A stretch of 42,908 nt of DNA. It comes from Candidatus Hermodarchaeota archaeon (GTDB taxonomy: Archaea; Asgardarchaeota; Hermodarchaeia; Hermodarchaeales; Hermodarchaeaceae). The position numbers were made by a program, and so were the translations under genes. Of this stretch, positions 36,116 through 42,908 are shown piece by piece (position 1 is the stretch's first letter; each line of letters opens with the position of its first letter). The notes under the pieces are model-generated. The model worked only from the letters and a program-made list of their open reading frames with translations, made no database searches and was not told where the DNA came from. Location of the stretch: positions 1 through 42,908 of the forward strand of contig JAEOUH010000004.1 of the NCBI GenBank assembly GCA_016839365.1, written 5' to 3'.

Positions 36116-36774
36116 TCCTTTGGGGAAACTAGCACTTCAATTCGTAACCGTCGTTCTAACTGGACGGCTTGAAGGTGCTGTAGCCTGAAGTACTCTAGCA
36201 TCACCTGAAACACGGGTTGTCGAAGTTCTTTGGCAAGTTCTTGAATTGATCGGTTTCCATCAATCACATCGAGGAGTGCATGCAGTTCCTCGGGTGTTTG
36301 ACTCTTGGGAACAGTGTGAACACGGACTGGAACATATCGTTCTGCAACAGCATACGGTCGAAACAGTAAATCGATTTGTGGTGCAATTTCACGAAAGTGA
36401 CTTAGATCACCCAGCCAGTTCTCTAATAGCTCGCCATGTTGGCGCTCCATGATGTTAATCAGGGTACGCATACGGTCACGGATGGCAGGCAGGTCATCAG
36501 TGGAGAAGACTGCAACATAGATGTTTTTTCCATATTCTAAGAGGATTTTGACATCTTCACGGTCAATAATACGGAGGCGCCCATCTTCACGTTCAAGAGT
36601 CCGTAATTTTTTTCCATCCTCGGAAATACGACCAATTAAGTCAGAAAGAAACATACTCACCGCAGAGAGGAATCCAGTGACTAAATCAGGCTCCATGTTT
36701 TCGATCTGGAAGTCCTTTTGGAGTAATGTTCGTCCATCTCGATAGACAACATAGAGACTATACAGTTGGGCCAT
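36112..36774 (-). CDS. Longin-like domain plus C-terminal winged helix
   Basis: LYVVYRDGRTLL, DLVTGFLSAVSMF, KILLEYGKNIYVAVF; C-terminal LLDVIDGNRSIQELAKEL. Confidence 0.7.
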   Translation of the reverse strand: MAQLYSLYVVYRDGRTLLQKDFQIENMEPDLVTGFLSAVSMFLSDLIGRISEDGKKLRTLEREDGRLRIIDREDVKILLEYGKNIYVAVFSTDDLPAIRDRMRTLINIMERQHGELLENWLGDLSHFREIAPQIDLLFRPYAVAERYVPVRVHTVPKSQTPEELHALLDVIDGNRSIQELAKELRQPVFQVMLEYFRLQHLQAVQLERRLRIEVLVSPKD

Positions 36775-36836
36775 CCGAACTCAACCTTAAATGATAGTTC
36801 ACTGAAGACGCGAAAAGAGAAAAGCTTTCCGAGACC

Positions 36837-39425
36837 TCATCGAATCCGTTGTGCAATCCGATGGATTTCGCTTATAATTTCCGTTGGTGATGTGAGTTCA
36901 GCACCTAGATAGGTGCGCCCGTGCGTGATATAAGCCATGTAGAAACCTAAGAACGGTATTATCTTGTCTTCTTTTATTCCCACTTCAATGAGATTCGGCG
37001 TATTTAGTTCTTGGGCGCGTTTATGTGCCCAATCAAGAATAACCTCGTGATGCTTTTTCTGTCTTATTGGAAAGAACTCATGGTGAAGGTTGATAGTCAC
37101 AAGAGGGATTCGGTTGTTATTCATCAGGTGACACTGATGAAGCACGTCAGCAATCGCTTCAGGTAACCCAATATCAGGTGTATCGGAGTTAGTCAATTGA
37201 ATATTGGGCAGGAAATCACTAAACACAACAACAATGGGTAAGACATTGGAGTTTCGACGGCGTTCACGTTTAATGGTTTCATGGGCTCGTTTCACTCCTG
37301 CAGCTAAGGGGGTATATCCAGAGAGGCGAAGTGACATTAGCTTGGCGACCAACCGGGTCCAATTCGTAGTAGGTGCTTGTACTTCCACAGCGCCCCAATC
37401 TTTGAGGGCAATGAGTCCAACCCGATCTCGGGTACCTTCTAAACAATTCTTGAATGCAATCAAAGAGAGCTGAAGTTTATCAAAACTGCGAAGCATGGAT
37501 ACACTCAGGTCCACCACAAAGATGATGGTAAGTGGAGTCCAGCTCTGAAACCGTTTTTCCCGAACATCTGGAGGTCGAATACGAACTCTGGGTTTTTCCC
37601 GAAGAGAAAGATCTGTATGAAGAGCAGCGGCTTTAATGGTGGCAGGAATGTGAATATTTCGAGGAGAGCCTCGAGGAAGTCCGGAGCCAAGGAGCACTCC
37701 ACCTTCAGTTTCTCGGGATTGCAGAGACCCAGCCCGTCGTCCAACCTGGCGAATTGACCATTTGGGTGCCCGTTGTCGACCAAAATATCGAGGCTCAAGA
37801 AAATCTTCCAAGTCAAAGAGCGGTTTCCCTTCATCCATTCGAATGAAAGAGGAGGTAACCGATGGTGAACTTGGACTAGAGGGTTGAGAGGAAGATTTCG
37901 CTAACTTTTGTGGTGTGGAACTAACGGCAGCAGGACCTGTTGAATCACCCTCATGTTTCGCTCGACGATACTTTCCTGTAGTGTCAGGAGGTTGGCTGCC
38001 TTGGGCCAGTGCAGGCATCACTGATCCAGGGCGTTTATGATAGCGGTAAATACGTTCCAGTGCCATGACGAATCCGACTGCAATTACTCCGCCGATAACG
38101 AAATTAATGGGCCATGGAAGTGGTATAAGGAGGCCGATGGCAGCCGCGATAACCATATAGAAACATACGAACCCAGTATATGAGCAGCGTCCCCCAGGAC
38201 CACGCCTGGGTGGGGTTCCAAAAAAACGCTCACCGTCGTGACTACTGTCCAAAGGATGGTGTTGCTTGAACTTGCTGGTAAGTTTTTGATATTCATCCTT
38301 CGTGTAAGGCGCTTTGTCTTTAGCTTGGGGATTTTGCGTCTTCGTCTTTTTTCGCGCTTCCTTCATTGCATCTTGAATGTCATTTCGGTTAGGAGGTTCG
38401 AGAATACCACGCTGCCGAGTGCGATGACTGAGCGCAAGGGGCGCTACAATTTCCACATCTTCGGCTGTGATGGATGTCCGTCCATCAAACGCAGCAAAGG
38501 CCATCGCAGTCTTGGCAATCACAATATCTGGGCGAGCCCCATCAACTTGTAGTCGAGTGGTCAACTGGGCAATGACCTGCATAACTTCATCTGAAATCTC
38601 CACGGTCTTCATCTTTTCTCGAGCGGCAATGATTTCAGCTTGGAGTTTTCCTTCTTGTTCAGCCCATTTTTTATGAAGTTCTTGGGGATTCCTTTCAAAT
38701 TCAATATTTAATCGGATGATTTCAACGCGTTCTTCAGGAGAAAAGGGGCGTTGGATTGCAACGTGAAGGGGGAATCGGTCCAGTAATTGAGGACGTAGTT
38801 CTCCTTCTTCTGGGTTCATTGATCCAACAAAGATGAATCGAGCAGGATGGCTGACTGAGATGCCTTCTCGTTCAACAACATTGACACCAGTTGCTGCTGC
38901 ATCAAGAAGTGCGTCCACGATGTGGTCAGGGAGAAGATTGACCTCGTCTACATAAAGGATATTTTGGTTTGCATCAGCAAGAATTCCAGGTTTTAGAGCC
39001 GCTTCTCCTTCACGGATAGCCCGTTCTACATCTAAACTTCCGACTACACGGTCTTCAGTGGCACTTAGCGGGAGATTTACCACACGCATTTTTTGCATTT
39101 GAGTGTTCAGTTTTTTATTCTTCGCAAGTTTTGCCATACAAGTGCCACATAGTCCAGTGGGGTCATTAGGATCACAACGAAACTGGCAGTCGGTTACGAC
39201 AGGAATATCAGGCAACAGCGCAGCAAGAGAGCGAACAACGGTAGTTTTTCCTGTACCTTTTGGACCTGTAATGAGAAGGCCTCCAATGTTAGGGTTGATA
39301 GCATTGAGTAGAAGAGCGAGTTTTAGTTCGTCATGATTAACGAATGCCGTGAAGGGCAGAACGCTACGTGTAGTGTTGCTCGCTTCTGGTACCAACCCAA
39401 GAACCTCTACCTCTCCTGCCCTCAT
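36837..39425 (-). CDS. Chelatase ChlD/BchD-like AAA+ - vWA protein with a transmembrane hairpin in the linker
   Basis: [51 protein letters not shown]; vWA DLSVS, G.TPLA; hydrophobic insert of about 40 aa. Confidence 0.88.
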   Translation of the reverse strand: MRAGEVEVLGLVPEASNTTRSVLPFTAFVNHDELKLALLLNAINPNIGGLLITGPKGTGKTTVVRSLAALLPDIPVVTDCQFRCDPNDPTGLCGTCMAKLAKNKKLNTQMQKMRVVNLPLSATEDRVVGSLDVERAIREGEAALKPGILADANQNILYVDEVNLLPDHIVDALLDAAATGVNVVEREGISVSHPARFIFVGSMNPEEGELRPQLLDRFPLHVAIQRPFSPEERVEIIRLNIEFERNPQELHKKWAEQEGKLQAEIIAAREKMKTVEISDEVMQVIAQLTTRLQVDGARPDIVIAKTAMAFAAFDGRTSITAEDVEIVAPLALSHRTRQRGILEPPNRNDIQDAMKEARKKTKTQNPQAKDKAPYTKDEYQKLTSKFKQHHPLDSSHDGERFFGTPPRRGPGGRCSYTGFVCFYMVIAAAIGLLIPLPWPINFVIGGVIAVGFVMALERIYRYHKRPGSVMPALAQGSQPPDTTGKYRRAKHEGDSTGPAAVSSTPQKLAKSSSQPSSPSSPSVTSSFIRMDEGKPLFDLEDFLEPRYFGRQRAPKWSIRQVGRRAGSLQSRETEGGVLLGSGLPRGSPRNIHIPATIKAAALHTDLSLREKPRVRIRPPDVREKRFQSWTPLTIIFVVDLSVSMLRSFDKLQLSLIAFKNCLEGTRDRVGLIALKDWGAVEVQAPTTNWTRLVAKLMSLRLSGYTPLAAGVKRAHETIKRERRRNSNVLPIVVVFSDFLPNIQLTNSDTPDIGLPEAIADVLHQCHLMNNNRIPLVTINLHHEFFPIRQKKHHEVILDWAHKRAQELNTPNLIEVGIKEDKIIPFLGFYMAYITHGRTYLGAELTSPTEIISEIHRIAQRIR

Positions 39426-39534
39426 TCCACTTATAGAATTTTGGGAAGATGCACCACTTCCAAAGAATAGGTGATAGAAGAAGGTGAAGACATTTGGGCA
39501 AAAGCTTTAGTTTTCTGAAGTCCTCCTTTTATCC

Positions 39535-40053
39535 ATGTCAGCCCAGCCCTCGAAGGATCTCCGCAGTGGTTTAGCCGCAGCATACGAGGCAGCACGTAAC
39601 TACCTACGTTATATCCTCACCGAGCTCACCCCTGAACAAGCTTCAAAAGAGCCCGCCCCTGAGTCCCGCACGATTCTGTATTATTTAACACATATCGCCA
39701 ATTCCGAACTGTATTGGCTGGCAGCATCAGGTCGTAAAGTTGTGGTGTACGCAAAAACTGTTCCGCTAGATATTGCCAAAGACCGCTTAGAAGATGTTTG
39801 GAAACGCATCCTCAGAGAGCTTAGGGAATGTCCAGAAGAGGAACTAGTTTTTCAACCGCCAACTCAGAAAGAAAAACCGAGTCTAGGCTGGGTGGTATCT
39901 CACATCACCTTACATACATTGTATCATTCTGGTGAGATTATCTATGCACGTTATGCTGTTGGAGGATCTGATCTTCCTAACGATGAGCTTGAAGAGTATT
40001 GGGGAAAAATGATAGACTCCATTGTGTATCTAACATTTTTTACAAAACAATGA
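39535..40053 (+). CDS. DinB/DUF664 family protein
   Basis: TILYYLTHIANSELYW, WVVSHITLHTLYHSGEI. Confidence 0.8.
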   Translation: MSAQPSKDLRSGLAAAYEAARNYLRYILTELTPEQASKEPAPESRTILYYLTHIANSELYWLAASGRKVVVYAKTVPLDIAKDRLEDVWKRILRELRECPEEELVFQPPTQKEKPSLGWVVSHITLHTLYHSGEIIYARYAVGGSDLPNDELEEYWGKMIDSIVYLTFFTKQ

Positions 40054-40087
40054 AGTTTCCTCTTCCCTTTTCGGTCCAATCCCTTGA

Positions 40088-40618
40088 TCAAGGCACCAGC
40101 TTTTTCAGCGTTTTTTCAAATATCGAGTAAGAAGCGGGATCGAAGAGACAAAAGACAATATGGCGAAGTGTCGATTTTGTGTTCTTCACATGATCAATTG
40201 TTGTTGAAAGAATTAGATTTGCTGCTTGCGCCTTGGGAAACCCGAAAATCCCAGTGCTAATAGCAGGAAATGCGATGCTGCGTAATTGTTTACTTTCAGC
40301 AAGCTTTAACGCGTTTTCAACTGCGCTAATCAGTTTAGGCTCTTCATCTCCTTCACCCCAGCGGGGACCAACGGCATGAATTACGTACCGTGCTTTCAAA
40401 TTACCACCAGTGGTCAGGATTGCTGTCCCAACTGATGTGCCCCCAATATCATCGCATTCCCTTTGGATTGCTGGTCCTCCTCTTCGTCGAATGGCACCCG
40501 CCACACCTCCTCCCATTTGTAACGATTCATTGGCAGCATTAACAACCGCGTCAGTTGCTAGGTCAGTAATATCCCCTTGAACAAGTTCGATGGTGACTCT
40601 GTTGACCAGCTTTTGCAT
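40088..40618 (-). CDS. Macro-domain ADP-ribose hydrolase (MacroD-type)
   Basis: GDIT, VNAAN, GGGVAGAI, IHAVGP, PAISTGIFGFP. Confidence 0.95.
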   Translation of the reverse strand: MQKLVNRVTIELVQGDITDLATDAVVNAANESLQMGGGVAGAIRRRGGPAIQRECDDIGGTSVGTAILTTGGNLKARYVIHAVGPRWGEGDEEPKLISAVENALKLAESKQLRSIAFPAISTGIFGFPKAQAANLILSTTIDHVKNTKSTLRHIVFCLFDPASYSIFEKTLKKLVP

Positions 40619-40709
40619 ACTCCAACACCCATCTGACCAACCACTACGCGCAAACAGCCTAATATCTCGGATTAAAGGTTTCCCCCAATGAGAAAACAGC
40701 CCTTCAAAA

Positions 40710-41375
40710 TTACGGGAATAGGGGGAGCATTCCCCATCCAGTTATTCCTGAAATGAGTATGAACACCCAGCTGATAGCGATGAATACACCACCAGTGACA
40801 AGGAAGCCACGTTTGGCGCGAGGATCGACTAGCCCTAAATGCGCATCGAGGTATTCAGTTTTGAAGCTTAATCGCACATAATAGATGGCAGCAATTGCCA
40901 CAGGAACCCAGATGATATCAACGAAGGTGAAGAGAACAGCAATAGCTCCAGCAATTCCGAAGAGCCAGAAGTCTGCTATGACAAAGCCGACCGTTTCCCA
41001 GACTACGCCCACTATCATTGCGAGGGGTTCACGAATTCGTCCCAAAGATTTAGAGCGTCCGATGTAGCCAACGATGAGGGCTTCTGGTGCACGAACAGCA
41101 ACAATTCCAGGGATGAAGATTGCAGGTAGGCCCACCGCGGTGATCAAAACCCCTTTCCCGATGAGTTGCCCAATGGTTGTGATGATGAGTCCGAATGCTG
41201 GCCCGTAAAGAATGGAAACCGCGAAAATCAGAACTGACGAGGTATCAATTGAGCCAATAGGTGGTGGCAGCACAACGGCAAACATCGCCATAAAAGCCAT
41301 CAGAGCGCCTAGTACACCAATAGTCGCTACATACAGGGAACGGGGGGCGTGCTTTTCCGCTAGTAAATCGTTCAT
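40710..41375 (-). CDS. ECF transporter S-component-like membrane protein
   Basis: VATIGVLGAL, ILYGPAFG; about 6 TM helices. Confidence 0.7.
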   Translation of the reverse strand: MNDLLAEKHAPRSLYVATIGVLGALMAFMAMFAVVLPPPIGSIDTSSVLIFAVSILYGPAFGLIITTIGQLIGKGVLITAVGLPAIFIPGIVAVRAPEALIVGYIGRSKSLGRIREPLAMIVGVVWETVGFVIADFWLFGIAGAIAVLFTFVDIIWVPVAIAAIYYVRLSFKTEYLDAHLGLVDPRAKRGFLVTGGVFIAISWVFILISGITGWGMLPLFP

Positions 41376-41505
41376 GGTGATTGGCTCCTCAACAAAATCC
41401 TGATTCTATACATGGCGTATATAAGCCTTGTGTAAAATGCCGTAGACTCAAAAAGGAAGAATTATCTAGAACTTTACAGGTTCAACCCAGTGAGGGATTG
41501 TTGTA

Positions 41506-42051
41506 ATGGACGACAATTCTGACAAACTCATTCACCAGCTATTTACTAACATCTCTGCTCTAACTCGCACTCGTAATTTTGGTCGATTAGTTCCAGAAGT
41601 AGGAGGGAATTTTGTGGCGTGTGAAACTGGGGCAACTAAACTATCCCAGGTTGCAGGATTGACCGGGCGTATCATTTTAGTACGAGGTGAACCAGAGCCG
41701 ATCGGTGAAGTCGAACTGGGCTGGGCACCCTTTATGGGGCGAGTCCTATTGAAAGCTCATAGCCTGAATAACACTATCCATTCAGCTGTGTCATTGAAAT
41801 ATTCTACAATTATTGTCGATGCAGCGCGTCAAGCAGAGTTACAGGTTGTGGGATTCCGTCTAGGAGAAAACAAGCCTATTCCCAATTGTATGACGTTGGA
41901 GGCACTCAATAAGTTGGGATTCGTACCAGAGGTATTATTTGACTGGGGAGCCCATGGAATCGAACCGCTCGTTGTTGTGTTTGGCGAGACCCCTGCTGTT
42001 GTCACCAAACGTGTACGAGCGATCCTATCGAAATTAGCCATTGATGAGTGA
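41506..42051 (+). CDS. Stand-alone ThiN (thiamine-phosphate synthase family) domain protein
   Basis: LVPEVGGNF, VAGLTGRI, PEVLFDWGAHGIEPLVVVFG. Confidence 0.8.
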   Translation: MDDNSDKLIHQLFTNISALTRTRNFGRLVPEVGGNFVACETGATKLSQVAGLTGRIILVRGEPEPIGEVELGWAPFMGRVLLKAHSLNNTIHSAVSLKYSTIIVDAARQAELQVVGFRLGENKPIPNCMTLEALNKLGFVPEVLFDWGAHGIEPLVVVFGETPAVVTKRVRAILSKLAIDE

Positions 42052-42811
42052 CAGGAGCTTGACCAACAATCCAAGAAAAAAATCAGAACATACAAATGAA
42101 GTGAGTCAAGCGTTTGGTGCAATTGCTCCATTCTATGATGCCTGGTACCAGTCGCCCGTCGGAGGTTATGTCTGGGCTGTTGAAACAGAAGCGATACAAG
42201 CCCTACTTCCAGAACCCCAAGGTGGAGTCGCGTTAGAAGTAGGTGTTGGAACTGGAATGATAGCAACTTTTGTCCAAAACCCCTTACTACAATTTGTGGG
42301 TGTTGATGTTGCCTGGCAAATGCTAGCTGTCGCTCATCAAAAACTCCAAAAAACGGAAAACCTACATCTAGTGCAGTCCGATGGAGAACATCTTCCTTTT
42401 CGAAAGAAATGTTTTGACCTAGTATTAGCCATGACCGTGCTTGAATTCGTTCCAGACCCGGAACAAGTTCTATCCGAGATTCATCAATGTCTACAGCCTT
42501 TTGGGCATCTTCTATTGGGAATACTCACATCAACAAACCTATGGGCCGTTGAACGACGAATCCGGAGTTTCATTCAACCTGATGTCTTCAGGTATGCCCA
42601 GTTTCCAAGCCCATGGCAGGTTATCCGCTTACTGTATCGGAATGGATTTTCACAGGTTCAGTACAGGGGCTCTGTGTATGCACCTACATTTACACCGACA
42701 CGCTTGCTTCCAAGGTTTGCTTCCTTGGAATCGACATTGGGAACAAGGTGGTTGAGTCGTGCCCTAGGTGCTTTCCTTGTGTTTTCCGCTAGACGAAGTG
42801 TGATCAGGTGA
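42041..42811 (+). CDS. Class I SAM-dependent methyltransferase
   Basis: YDAWY, ALEVGVGTG, DGEHLPF, FDLVLAMTVLEFV. Confidence 0.9.
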   Translation: MMSDRSLTNNPRKKSEHTNEVSQAFGAIAPFYDAWYQSPVGGYVWAVETEAIQALLPEPQGGVALEVGVGTGMIATFVQNPLLQFVGVDVAWQMLAVAHQKLQKTENLHLVQSDGEHLPFRKKCFDLVLAMTVLEFVPDPEQVLSEIHQCLQPFGHLLLGILTSTNLWAVERRIRSFIQPDVFRYAQFPSPWQVIRLLYRNGFSQVQYRGSVYAPTFTPTRLLPRFASLESTLGTRWLSRALGAFLVFSARRSVIR

Positions 42812-42908
42812 TTTGATCTGTATAGCGTGTATACGGGTCTTCTCCAGGTTTGAGACGCTCTGACTTTTCATCAGTCTCAATAATCACATGCTTCTTTTTA
42901 GTGAAAGC

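Noticed and set aside
22669-40618. Sirtuin, HIT and macro domain as an ADP-ribosylation or defence system
   Set aside because: Genes are dispersed over 18 kb and look like ordinary housekeeping members (CobB-type, MacroD-type).
42851-42899. Hairpin TGAGAC...GTCTCA plus T-tract at the window end
   Set aside because: Plausibly an ordinary terminator; too little context to call.

Overview
Gene-dense, mostly chromosomal archaeal DNA. An Asgard-type host is inferred from the longin+wHTH, V4R/TRAPP-like and IFT52/GIFT-like proteins, the Tat-less reductive dehalogenase, the double-HTH Lrp paralogues and Cdc48; the lineage cannot be fixed without searches. Left part: acyl-CoA/B12 metabolism (carboxyltransferase C-terminus, biotin carrier, split B12 mutase with isobutyryl-CoA-mutase specificity residues, MeaB, EtfBA, acyl-CoA dehydrogenase) and a kynureninase-RdhA-methyltransferase operon. 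Middle: an accessory-looking zone with two stop-interrupted genes, an AT-richer subtilase and tandem Lrp-like regulators. It also holds the most unusual feature, absent from the ORF track: at 20.5-21.5 kb, two tandem homologous minus-strand cassettes, each made of conserved upstream boxes, a 5' hairpin, a 45-47 aa basic peptide and a ~122-nt end-paired RNA structure followed by a U-tract. Right part: sirtuin, HIT, AOR, a Cdc48-PH-like-SPFH-V4R operon beside IFT52-like and longin genes, a membrane-anchored ChlD-like AAA+/vWA protein, and macro, ECF-S, ThiN-like and methyltransferase genes. No rRNA, tRNA, CRISPR array or transposase was recognised.
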